Source of the DNA: an uncultured Pseudomonadota bacterium
Lineage (GTDB): Bacteria > Pseudomonadota > Alphaproteobacteria > RF32 > CAG-239
Assembly (NCBI GenBank): GCA_949292335.1
Contig: CASEYY010000040.1
Location: 4,885-68,884 of the forward strand
DNA length: 64,000 bases
Reading direction: 5' to 3'
In this document: positions 26,229 through 34,357 of the stretch, one piece after another
Layout of the letters: each line of letters begins with the position of its first letter
Numbering within the stretch: the first letter of the stretch is position 1
Position numbers and translations under genes: made by a program
The notes under the pieces: generated by a model
Database searches by the model: none
What the model was told of the DNA's origin: nothing
Seen by the model: only the letters and a program-made list of their open reading frames with translations

Positions 26229-26713
26229 AACTTGTTGAGATTAACGACGTCCGCGTTGGGCAGGTGCTGGAACGCGACCGCTGTATTTTCGTAATTGAAG
26301 AAAGAACCGGAGCGCACAACTTCGCCGTCAGCCTTTACAACCACAATCACAAACCCGCGCCGAACGATGTTTATGAGTGGAAAACTATGCATGAAAAGAA
26401 TGTCGCCGCCTTTGATGACTGCGAAATTGTCGGCAAAATCGGCATTACCCACCGCATTGAAGGAAAGAAGCTCGTTGAGATTACCCGCGCCGCAGAATTT
26501 CAGACCGACGATGTTGTCAAATTCAAATGGGATCCGCGGCTGTATGTGATTAACCGTGAAATCGACTTCGGTATCAAGGAAAGCCACCCGGATAACTCCT
26601 GTTTTGAAGCCACCAACGGCCTGTATGGAAGTCGCCAGTTGGTGGATTTTGAGCTCAAACGCGTCGGCATCCTCGGTGTAACCCACGAATTCGTAAATGA
26701 TAGGGAGGTTTAA
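26225..26713 (+). CDS. Hypothetical phage protein
   Basis: 162-aa ORF that overlaps the dcm stop. Confidence 0.5.
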   Translation: MKLVEINDVRVGQVLERDRCIFVIEERTGAHNFAVSLYNHNHKPAPNDVYEWKTMHEKNVAAFDDCEIVGKIGITHRIEGKKLVEITRAAEFQTDDVVKFKWDPRLYVINREIDFGIKESHPDNSCFEATNGLYGSRQLVDFELKRVGILGVTHEFVNDREV

Positions 26714-26714
26714 T

Positions 26715-27275
26715 ATGCAAGCGAGAAAACTCAAAAAACTGTTAAATACCGGCTACATTGTCCAAAATTGTGGCGAATACGCAGCAATCGGATCGACCTA
26801 CGTTCACGACATTATTAAAATTGACAAGCAAACACTCAAAATTGAGGTATGGCGGAAGGCCAACAATAATGACAACCTCAAAAATTTGCTTGAAAAATTA
26901 AAAGAGATCAAAGATAGTGGCGAGCTCCGTGAAATTCTTGACGGCAAAGATGAAATATCCAATCCTTTGCCGGTGTTTTGTTATAGAGGTGACCAGATTA
27001 TCGAAAGCAAAACTGACGATTACGAATGGCCGAATACTGACGATGACGGATATCTCCTTTACAAAAACACCACATTTAAAACCAAAAAAGATTGCCTTTC
27101 CTATGCTTTCAAAGATTTAAGTTATAGTTTTAAGTCAATTTCCGAACAGTTGGACCAGGCAAAAGAAGAAGTCGCAAGGCTTCAGCAAAGAACAAGCCGG
27201 GAAGCAAAAGCCCTTTCAATATTGGCTGACGAATACGCTAAAATGTTAAGAGGAATGACAGATGACAATCGATGA
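26715..27275 (+). CDS. Hypothetical phage protein
   Basis: Start moved to ATG 26715, behind the strong RBS gggagg; 186 aa. Confidence 0.5.
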   Translation: MQARKLKKLLNTGYIVQNCGEYAAIGSTYVHDIIKIDKQTLKIEVWRKANNNDNLKNLLEKLKEIKDSGELREILDGKDEISNPLPVFCYRGDQIIESKTDDYEWPNTDDDGYLLYKNTTFKTKKDCLSYAFKDLSYSFKSISEQLDQAKEEVARLQQRTSREAKALSILADEYAKMLRGMTDDNR

Positions 27276-27492
27276 ATTTATGCGAGATATAGCGCCTAAA
27301 ATGCGCCCGGGCTGGGTGGCTATGAATAGGCAAAATTTGTGGTGGTATTTCCCCGATGAACCATTATTAAATATAGGCTCCTTATGTTGGAACAAAACCG
27401 GTGATAAGTTTCCATCCCTGTTAAATGGTTTTGACATAGCCCCCGTTGACGACTGGACACAATCGTTAAGAAAGGTAGGTTGCAATGAGTAA
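27262..27492 (+). CDS. Hypothetical phage protein
   Basis: 76-aa Trp-rich ORF, overlapping its neighbours. Confidence 0.45.
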   Translation: MTIDEFMRDIAPKMRPGWVAMNRQNLWWYFPDEPLLNIGSLCWNKTGDKFPSLLNGFDIAPVDDWTQSLRKVGCNE

Positions 27493-27730
27493 CTTTATCT
27501 GCCCGACCTGCGGGTTTAACAATATCGACTGCGGAAAAGCGGGCTATAAGACCGCCCGCGAGATTGAATTAGAGAAAAAGCTAGATATTGCCAGAAAGAA
27601 TCTGAAAGAAATCGGCGATGCTATTGGCATTTATTTTCGTAGAGAGCATACAAAAGATTTCGCAGAAGATGTGTTAATGGGTATTGGTGTCATTGTTGGA
27701 CAAACCGAGCAAGCATTAAAGGAGATTTAA
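27485..27730 (+). CDS. Hypothetical protein with an N-terminal CxxC...C motif
   Basis: 81-aa ORF with CPTCGFNNIDC. Confidence 0.45.
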   Translation: MSNFICPTCGFNNIDCGKAGYKTAREIELEKKLDIARKNLKEIGDAIGIYFRREHTKDFAEDVLMGIGVIVGQTEQALKEI

Positions 27731-27732
27731 GA

Positions 27733-27918
27733 ATGAAAAAATATAGGGTTCGATTTGAAATAGATGAGGTGGTTGAGGCGGAAGATAGCAGGGAAGCCAC
27801 CAATGAAGCTATCGGAAAAACTATTGGTGGATGTTGGTTTGATAATGAGCTGACAAACCATATCCGTTGGAATGCTGATGTTGAAGAAGTGGAAGAAGAA
27901 GAGGAGGTTGAGGGATGA
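27733..27918 (+). CDS. Small acidic hypothetical protein
   Basis: 61 aa, ending VEEVEEEEEVEG. Confidence 0.4.
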   Translation: MKKYRVRFEIDEVVEAEDSREATNEAIGKTIGGCWFDNELTNHIRWNADVEEVEEEEEVEG

Positions 27919-28136
27919 GTAAAGAAAAACCGGAAGTCGGTGATATCTGGATGCGAAAAAATAAAAGATATTTCATTCGAGATATTAAACATTTCAGGCA
28001 ACCACAAATATTATGGATAGATGAGAATTTGGATAAAGACGGGGAACCGTTAGATATATTTTTAAAACTATGGAAATACTCCGGCAAAGCAAAAGCCAAA
28101 ATATCAGACTTATTCGAGGTGAAAAATGACTTTTGA
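27915..28136 (+). CDS. Hypothetical phage protein
   Basis: 73-aa ORF with a 4-nt overlap. Confidence 0.4.
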   Translation: MSKEKPEVGDIWMRKNKRYFIRDIKHFRQPQILWIDENLDKDGEPLDIFLKLWKYSGKAKAKISDLFEVKNDF

Positions 28137-28344
28137 GGAAGCTTTAAAAGGTATGAAAGCCGGAAGAGAAGCCACTTTTGCAAGATGTACAGGATGTTTT
28201 TTTATCAAACCTGTTTTTAGTAAGAAATACAACAAATATAATTACCGGCTTTATTATCAAACAGACAAAGGAGTAGTTGTCAGACAGCGTAAATTTAGCA
28301 TTAGCTGGGTTTTGAATGTAGATTGGAGATTTATAGATGACTAA
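28126..28344 (+). CDS. DUF2829-like (Tad2-family-like) small protein
   Basis: N-terminal MTFEEALKGMKAGREA and C-terminal ...WVLNVDWRFIDD match my memory of the DUF2829 pattern (M.F.EAL.A.K.GK...R ... DW.I). Confidence 0.4.
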   Translation: MTFEEALKGMKAGREATFARCTGCFFIKPVFSKKYNKYNYRLYYQTDKGVVVRQRKFSISWVLNVDWRFIDD

Positions 28345-28425
28345 GACTAAGATAAAAAGACCTGATAGAAAACTTGTTTATATATCGCCATTAACTTTAA
28401 ACTTGACACATAAGGATTTTAAGTT

Positions 28426-28782
28426 ATGAATCTTTTAAACACAAAGCAAGCCCGAGAATACCTTAACCTCAACCGCTATAATTTTAACAATATCGTAAAC
28501 AGCGGCTCTTTGGGGTATAAGCTCATCGGCTCGCGCAAATTCTTTCCCCGTTGGGAGTTAGACCGTTGGCTAAAAGACACGCAGAACCATACCGATTGTT
28601 CAAAAGAGGCGACATCTGGCACGCCTATATCTCGCTTGTGCTTGAAACAGGCGAGCGCATACAGCTTAGAGAAACTACTGGAGCAGTATCAGAGCAAAAA
28701 GCTGTCGAATACTGCCTCAAACGTATCGAACAAATACAAAAGAAAGCCCGAAGCCAAGCCACAGGTGAGTTTCCAAGTATAA
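28426..28782 (+). CDS. xis: Excisionase / AlpA-type HTH protein (only about the first 50 aa look domain-like)
   Basis: LLNTKQAREYLNLNRYNFNNIV...KLIGSRKFFPRWELDRWL matches the excisionase-family HTH. The ORF tail overlaps int in another frame. Confidence 0.55.
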   Translation: MNLLNTKQAREYLNLNRYNFNNIVNSGSLGYKLIGSRKFFPRWELDRWLKDTQNHTDCSKEATSGTPISRLCLKQASAYSLEKLLEQYQSKKLSNTASNVSNKYKRKPEAKPQVSFQV

Positions 28783-29621
28783 CCGTTGACGAGGCTTTTG
28801 GCATATTTTTCCAAAAACACGCACAATACTATGCCCGCCCAAACGAAACCCTGCGCAAGCTAAAACTCATCAAAGACAATATTTTTGTGAAATATCTTCA
28901 TCAAATTGACACGGCGGAATTGTCGGACTATATCCAGCGCCGCAAGTCTCATGTCGGTAACGGAACAATCAATCGTGAATTGGTTATAATTTCATCGTTA
29001 ATTACACAGTGCCGCTTGCTTAAATACAAAACATCTGATGTCCGCCCAAGCAAACTACGGCTTAGAGAGCCCGCCGAGAATGTGAAATATCTACAAAACT
29101 GGGATATCGCCCAAACAATTATCGACAGAGCCGCCAACCATTTAAAACCGATTATCTACACGGCACTCTATACAGGCCTGCGCCGTAGCAATATATTAAA
29201 TCTAAAATGGAGCGAGCTCGATTTTCAAAACAATCTAATTAACGTAAAGGTTAAAGATAAAAACACCGCAGGAGGAAAAAATTTAACTTTGCCGATGATT
29301 GCCAAACTGAAAAATATATTGCTCGCTCAGCCCAAAATAAACGAATATGTATTTAACTACCATGGTCATCCTGTAAACGACATCAAGCATTCATGGCGGT
29401 CAATCTTTTACGATTCCAAAGGAGTATTAAAAGATTCCTCACTGCCTTATGTTAATTTTCATACTCTGCGCCACACAGCCGCCACCTGGATATTAAAAAA
29501 GACCGGAAACCTGAAAATTACCCAGGAGATTTTAGGACACGCCAATATATCAACAACAATGAAATATGCCCATGTTATGAGCGAAGAAAAAATGCGCGCA
29601 TTAAATTCCGTCTTTGAGTAA
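28551..29621 (+). CDS. int: Tyrosine integrase
   Basis: C-terminal catalytic motifs: TGLRRSNILNLKWSEL, HTLRHTAATW, LGHANISTTMKYAH. The start codon is uncertain (TTG 28551, 28566 or 28596; there is no in-frame ATG). Confidence 0.9.
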   Translation: MGVRPLAKRHAEPYRLFKRGDIWHAYISLVLETGERIQLRETTGAVSEQKAVEYCLKRIEQIQKKARSQATGEFPSITVDEAFGIFFQKHAQYYARPNETLRKLKLIKDNIFVKYLHQIDTAELSDYIQRRKSHVGNGTINRELVIISSLITQCRLLKYKTSDVRPSKLRLREPAENVKYLQNWDIAQTIIDRAANHLKPIIYTALYTGLRRSNILNLKWSELDFQNNLINVKVKDKNTAGGKNLTLPMIAKLKNILLAQPKINEYVFNYHGHPVNDIKHSWRSIFYDSKGVLKDSSLPYVNFHTLRHTAATWILKKTGNLKITQEILGHANISTTMKYAHVMSEEKMRALNSVFE

Positions 29622-29699
29622 CTTGCACAATTTTTGCACAAAACTTCAAGATAAAAAAATAAAAGTAATCAAAAACAATGAGTTATATACAATATCAAA

Positions 29700-29749
29700 C
29701 CACACTTCTAAGCTGTGGGTCAGAGGTTCGAATCCTCTCGAGATCGCCA
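29700..29749 (+). other. tRNA 3' half (positions ~26-76) with anticodon loop TTCTAAG (anticodon CTA); no 5' half
   Basis: Anticodon stem cacac/ctgtg, T arm agagg-ttcgaat-cctct, acceptor strand cgagatc, then G and CCA. No gatctcg or D arm lies upstream. Confidence 0.6.
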
Positions 29750-29807
29750 ATTACCAAGAAACACCGCTGATTGCGGTGTTTTTTTTGATAATTGTGCAGG
29801 CTCTGAG
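29732..29807 (+). repeat. att core copy 1 (attR of the prophage), 76 bp
   Basis: Identical to 29914-29989. It contains the tRNA T-loop-to-CCA segment plus the terminator hairpin acaccgc/gcggtgt and a T8 run. Confidence 0.8.
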
Positions 29808-29913
29808 GATTTGAAGCTCTGAAAAAAGAGGTTTGACTACAAGGCAAAGGCAGACGAGAGTATGCCGGTCGGCTTTAGCCGATTGCCGCAGTGAACGAAG
29901 CGATAGCGAAGTC

Positions 29914-29989
29914 ATCCTCTCGAGATCGCCAATTACCAAGAAACACCGCTGATTGCGGTGTTTTTTTTGATAATTGTGCAGGCTCTGAG
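29914..29989 (+). repeat. att core copy 2 (scar of an earlier integration), 76 bp
   Basis: Exact 76/76 match to copy 1, but the sequence upstream of it is unrelated to a tRNA. Confidence 0.75.
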
Positions 29990-30118
29990 AAAAGTATTTT
30001 GTTCTTCTTTTTTAGCTTCATTTACTTGGGTATCATTTTAATTTTTAACTTAAAATTAAAATATAAAAAGCTATTATGTGACTCAGTGATATTAACAAAT
30101 TAATTATGGGATAAAAAA

Positions 30119-30892
30119 ATGGAAAAATCTACTTGGATTGGTTTTATTGGCGGAATAGCTGCGGTTGGTGTTGGTATGGCTCTTAAAGGTGCTGACCCTC
30201 ACGCACTCATTAACCCTGCCGCATTCTTAATCATTTTTGCCGGTACTGCTGCCGCAATATTCAATGCCTTTCCGATGAAAGACTTAAAGAAGTTTCCCAA
30301 ACTGCTAAAGATTATATTCACCGGTCAACACTTCACCCCAAAACAAGAGATTTTAGAGCTTTTTGTTGCCGCCGCTAAAGCCTCAAAACAAGAAGGTGTT
30401 ATGGCCATTGAAAAGAAAGCCAATGAAGTATCAGACCCGTTCATTCGTTCGGCCATGACCATGGTTGCCGATGGTTTTAACGGCGAATTCATATATAATG
30501 TTATCGATTCCGAAATTAAGCAAATGGAAGAAAGACACCGTTCCGGCGCTCAAATTTTTGCCCAATGCGGTATGTATGCACCGACTTTGGGTGTGTTAGG
30601 TGCGGTTATTGGTTTGATTGCCGCTTTAGGAAACTTGAGCGATATTGATCAACTTGGTCACTCAATTGCGGCCGCATTCGTAGCCACCCTTTTGGGTATT
30701 TTCACCGGTTATGTTTGCTGGCACCCGTTTGCCAACAAATTAAAACAAATCAATGCCGAAGAAGTAGAAATGAAGCGCATGGTATTAGAGGGTGCGTTAG
30801 CTTTGCAAGAAGGTGCATCTTCGATTGCCATTGAATCTCGCTTACAAGCTTTCATTCCTTTGTCAGAACGCAAATCACTTCGTGATGCATAA
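30119..30892 (+). CDS. motA: Flagellar stator protein MotA
   Basis: 257-aa, 4-TM MotA/TolQ/ExbB-type protein, followed by motB. Confidence 0.8.
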   Translation: MEKSTWIGFIGGIAAVGVGMALKGADPHALINPAAFLIIFAGTAAAIFNAFPMKDLKKFPKLLKIIFTGQHFTPKQEILELFVAAAKASKQEGVMAIEKKANEVSDPFIRSAMTMVADGFNGEFIYNVIDSEIKQMEERHRSGAQIFAQCGMYAPTLGVLGAVIGLIAALGNLSDIDQLGHSIAAAFVATLLGIFTGYVCWHPFANKLKQINAEEVEMKRMVLEGALALQEGASSIAIESRLQAFIPLSERKSLRDA

Positions 30893-30908
30893 ATAACGGA
30901 GATAAAAA

Positions 30909-31571
30909 ATGGTAAAAAAGAAGCCTTCTCATCCGCCTCACGAGGAACACGCCGACGAAACTTGGCTTATTCCCTACTCTGACCTTTTAACCTTGCTTTT
31001 GGCATTGTTTATTGTGTTGTTTGCCTCATCAAGCTTGGATAAAAACAAAGCGGCACAAATTCAATATGCCTTGGCAGCAGCTTTTGGTAGCGGCAGCGTT
31101 GACGACAGCAACGGCACTATTATAAGCTTTATTAATGATGCCAAAGACCTCAATCTCGAAGATGAAGGTGTCATTATTTCGTCAGATGCCAACGGTGCCA
31201 CTCTGGAAATGACATCAATTAACCTTTTTGATAAAGGTTCCGTAATACTAAAACCGGAAGCAATTCCCGTCATCAAAAAGATATCTTTGTTATTAAACTC
31301 CAGCAAATACAAAAAATATCGCATATCCGTAGAAGGACACACCGACGACACCAATGAATCCGATACTTTGCCCTCAAACTGGGAACTCTCCGGAGCCAGA
31401 GCCGGCGCCGTTGTTAGAGAAATGATTGGCAACAAAATGGATGTCAACCGTTTCAAAGCTGTCGGTCTTGCCGAAATATCACCGGCCTACCCCAACAAAA
31501 ACCCCTACGGAGAACCAATACCGGAAAATCGTTTGAAAAACCGCCGTGTTATTGTCCGCATAGAATTTTAA
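30909..31571 (+). CDS. motB: Flagellar stator protein MotB (OmpA-like C-terminal domain)
   Basis: N-terminal WLIPYSDLLTLLLALFIVLFA plug/TM segment and a C-terminal OmpA-like NRRV motif. Confidence 0.8.
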   Translation: MVKKKPSHPPHEEHADETWLIPYSDLLTLLLALFIVLFASSSLDKNKAAQIQYALAAAFGSGSVDDSNGTIISFINDAKDLNLEDEGVIISSDANGATLEMTSINLFDKGSVILKPEAIPVIKKISLLLNSSKYKKYRISVEGHTDDTNESDTLPSNWELSGARAGAVVREMIGNKMDVNRFKAVGLAEISPAYPNKNPYGEPIPENRLKNRRVIVRIEF

Positions 31572-31586
31572 TCCAAGGAGAATTGA

Positions 31587-32744
31587 ATGAAATCGGCACT
31601 TTGCCTGCATAATGCAACAGTCTTTACCGGCTTTTCCGTTATGCAGGATTGTGCTATTTATATAAAAGACGGCAAAATTGCCGATGTGTATAACGAAGAA
31701 AGATTTCGACAGAAAAAGTTTTCTCCCAAAGTAAAAATTATTGATGTAAACGGAGCTTACATAATGCCCGGTCTGATTGATACCCACATTCACGGTATCG
31801 GCGGTTTCGGAGCAGATGACGGCGACTACAAATCCATATTACATATGTCAAAAACTTTGGCTCAATATGGAGTTACATCTTTTATCCCCACCTGTTGCAC
31901 CGCAACCGAACCGGAGCTAAAACAAAAGATAAAAGCTATCACCAAGGCCATGGGCAAAGAAAAAGGTGCTGAAATTTTGGGGATACATTTGGAAGGTCCG
32001 TTCCTGTCGCCGGAAAAAGCCGGAGCTCAGTCACCTGAAGGCATATCTCCGGTAGATTTAGATTTGATGCACCGCCTATACAAATACTGTGACGGACACC
32101 TCATTAATATGACGGTGGCTCCCGAGCTTAAAGGTATGCGAGAATTGGCTTTATACTGCATGGAAAAAGGCATTTTATTACAAGCCGGACACACCAATGC
32201 CACCTATAAGCAAATGCTTGAGGGACTTCAAGCCGGCATTATGCATGTCACTCACCTGTTTAATGCCATGCGTCCACTTCATCACCGCGAGCCCGGAGTT
32301 GTCGGTGCGGTTTTGATTCACCCCGAAATTTCTTGCGAGATAATCGGCGATGGGGTTCATGTCCACCCCAACCTGATAGATTTATTGCTAAAGAGCAAGC
32401 CGCTAAGTCAGATTGTCTTAATCACCGATGCCTTATATCCGGCCAAAACCGATTTATCACAATCTCCGGATTTATACCTTGATAAATGCTTTTATCGCAA
32501 AGACAACAATGTCATTAACGGCTCGGCCATTTCCATGCTGGACGGCTTTAAGAATTTGGTATCTTGGGGCATTTCTATGGAAAAAGTAGTCCGGATGGCC
32601 TCGACCAATCCGGCCAAGATTATGGGGCAAAAGCACAAAGGCTTGCTCATCCCCGGATACGATGCCGATGTCATTGTGCTGGACAAAGATTTAAATCTGG
32701 TTTATACCATAATCAAAGGTCAATTTGTAGAGGGGAAAATCTAA
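31587..32744 (+). CDS. nagA: N-acetylglucosamine-6-phosphate deacetylase
   Basis: Motifs GLIDTHIHG, HLEGPFLS, AGHTNAT and HLFNAM. Confidence 0.85.
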   Translation: MKSALCLHNATVFTGFSVMQDCAIYIKDGKIADVYNEERFRQKKFSPKVKIIDVNGAYIMPGLIDTHIHGIGGFGADDGDYKSILHMSKTLAQYGVTSFIPTCCTATEPELKQKIKAITKAMGKEKGAEILGIHLEGPFLSPEKAGAQSPEGISPVDLDLMHRLYKYCDGHLINMTVAPELKGMRELALYCMEKGILLQAGHTNATYKQMLEGLQAGIMHVTHLFNAMRPLHHREPGVVGAVLIHPEISCEIIGDGVHVHPNLIDLLLKSKPLSQIVLITDALYPAKTDLSQSPDLYLDKCFYRKDNNVINGSAISMLDGFKNLVSWGISMEKVVRMASTNPAKIMGQKHKGLLIPGYDADVIVLDKDLNLVYTIIKGQFVEGKI

Positions 32745-33535
32745 TGCGAGTTATCATCAAAGACGATTCGGCAGACTGTGCATCATGGGTTGCCGGATAT
32801 ATAGCCTATCGTATCAAAAGTTTTAAACCGACGGCAAAAAAACCTTTTGTCCTAGGACTTCCGACCGGCTCAACGCCTCTTGGTGTTTATAAAGAATTGA
32901 TAAAACTGTATCAGAACAAAAAGATTTCTTTTGAACATGTAGTAACCTTTAACATGGATGAATATGTAGGTCTTCCTCCCAAAGATAAGAACAGCTACCA
33001 CCACTTTATGTATGAAAATTTGTTTAATCACATAAACATAAGCCCCAAGAACATACACATATTAAACGGCATGACAAAGAACTTTGCGGCCGAATGCGAG
33101 AACTATGAAAAAGCAATCAAGACCTACGGCGGCATAGATTTGCAGTTAGGCGGAGTTGGAACCGACGGACACATAGCATTTAATGAGCCTTTTTCATCGT
33201 TATCCTCTCGCACCAGGATCAAAACTTTGGCCCCCTCAACGATAAAAGACAATTCTCGCTTTTTTGACAATGACATCAGCAAAGTTCCGACCCAAGCATT
33301 AACCATTGGCGTAGGCACGATATTAGACGCCAAAGAAGTGATTATTATGGCCACCGGCAAAAACAAATCCGAAGCCGTACGCCAAGCCATCGAAGGCAAC
33401 ATAAATCATGTCTGGACCGTGACGGCACTGCAAATGCATCAACACGGCATAATTGTTTGCGACAAAGATGCCGCGAGCAAACTGGAGCCGACCACGGTTG
33501 AATATTTCAAGAGCATTGAAGACCGAGTAAGATAA
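32744..33535 (+). CDS. nagB: Glucosamine-6-phosphate deaminase
   Basis: Start set at the TAATG overlap (MRVIIKDD...). Motifs LGLPTGSTP, NMDEYVGL and GIGTDGHIAFNEP-type. The track's longer ORF from 32564 overlaps nagA. Confidence 0.9.
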   Translation: MRVIIKDDSADCASWVAGYIAYRIKSFKPTAKKPFVLGLPTGSTPLGVYKELIKLYQNKKISFEHVVTFNMDEYVGLPPKDKNSYHHFMYENLFNHINISPKNIHILNGMTKNFAAECENYEKAIKTYGGIDLQLGGVGTDGHIAFNEPFSSLSSRTRIKTLAPSTIKDNSRFFDNDISKVPTQALTIGVGTILDAKEVIIMATGKNKSEAVRQAIEGNINHVWTVTALQMHQHGIIVCDKDAASKLEPTTVEYFKSIEDRVR

Positions 33536-33539
33536 CGAA

Positions 33540-33562
33540 CAGCCGCTTGATAAAAGCGGCTG
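33540..33562. repeat. 23-nt hairpin element, copy 1
   Basis: cagccgctt-gataa-aagcggctg. Confidence 0.9.
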
Positions 33563-33604
33563 TTCTCAAATCTTTAACAATTAACCAGAATGTGTTATAT
33601 TTCT

Positions 33605-34336
33605 CTATTTTTTCATTAAACTTTTCAATAACTCCAACAATTCTCTTCTAACCAAATCCGATGTATTCTTAATAAATTTAATTACCACCCTTTTTCCATC
33701 GTAAGTATCTGCTACCTCTTCAACTCTGCCTGTTTTATCATATACCCATCTGTTTCTGTCAGCTCGATTACACACCTGACATTGCGGAATAATATTTCCG
33801 GGAACCAAATCTTTAGACGGATCTATATGCCCTTGTTGTAATTGAACAATAGTACCCTTTCTGTATAAATGGGGTTTTCCTTCTTCCGAGCCACATGTTG
33901 CACAACGATTATCATATGCTTTTTTCAAACTGTCAAAATTATCGGCCGAAACCCCACTTCGACGATCGGAAATAAACGACGGAGATGGAATTTCCAAACT
34001 GACCAATTTATAACATCCCTTAGGAATATTTTCACCTCTCGTTCCAGATTGTATACACCACCCTTTCTGAGCCGATAAATGCCTTGCTTGCTGTACATCC
34101 ACAATATCATCAAAATATAATCCCATAAAATCAGTCAATTCTCGCTTGGAAAGTGTTTCAGTATCAGGATACCCTTTTGCCAATCTAACTAACACCAAAG
34201 CATCCTTAGTATAATTACCCCCCTGCTTCAAATTAGGTAATATTACACCATGTTTTATCAAATACTTATCATGATAAAATTGCAACATAGTATATATCTC
34301 TATAATTTCTTTATCACTCATTTTTTTCATAAACAT
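33605..34336 (-). CDS. HNH-type (beta-beta-alpha-Me, zinc-ribbon) type II restriction endonuclease, putative
   Basis: CATCG...GH.DP......N..PQCQVCN motif, adjacent to and co-oriented with a methyltransferase, in an AT-rich stretch. Confidence 0.55.
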   Translation of the reverse strand: MFMKKMSDKEIIEIYTMLQFYHDKYLIKHGVILPNLKQGGNYTKDALVLVRLAKGYPDTETLSKRELTDFMGLYFDDIVDVQQARHLSAQKGWCIQSGTRGENIPKGCYKLVSLEIPSPSFISDRRSGVSADNFDSLKKAYDNRCATCGSEEGKPHLYRKGTIVQLQQGHIDPSKDLVPGNIIPQCQVCNRADRNRWVYDKTGRVEEVADTYDGKRVVIKFIKNTSDLVRRELLELLKSLMKK

Positions 34337-34357
34337 TACCTATATTGCTTAATTAAG

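Larger units (their letters stand above)
1..29807. mobile_element. Integrated temperate phage (prophage); right end at attR, left end outside the window
   Basis: Contiguous phage modules: terminase, portal, capsid, Rha, cro/cI, recombination genes, xis-int. They are followed by a tRNA 3'-half att block, and host motAB begins after it. Confidence 0.85.

Noticed and set aside
29700-29749. The tRNA-like 3' end as a piece of tmRNA (including the two-piece alphaproteobacterial ssrA)
   Set aside because: The discriminator is G rather than A. The acceptor strand cannot give a G3:U70 Ala identity. A terminator follows immediately, and no tag-encoding piece is present downstream.
30119-31571. The MotA/MotB pair next to the prophage as a Zorya-type defence stator
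   Set aside because: Both proteins have ordinary stator sizes (257 and 220 aa). They lack the long ZorA tail, and no ZorC/D-like genes follow. A full flagellar gene set is nearby.
32564-32743. N-terminal extension of nagB given in the ORF track (start 32564)
   Set aside because: It overlaps nagA for 180 nt in another frame. The conserved NagB sequence begins at MRVIIKDD (32744), with a TAATG coupling.
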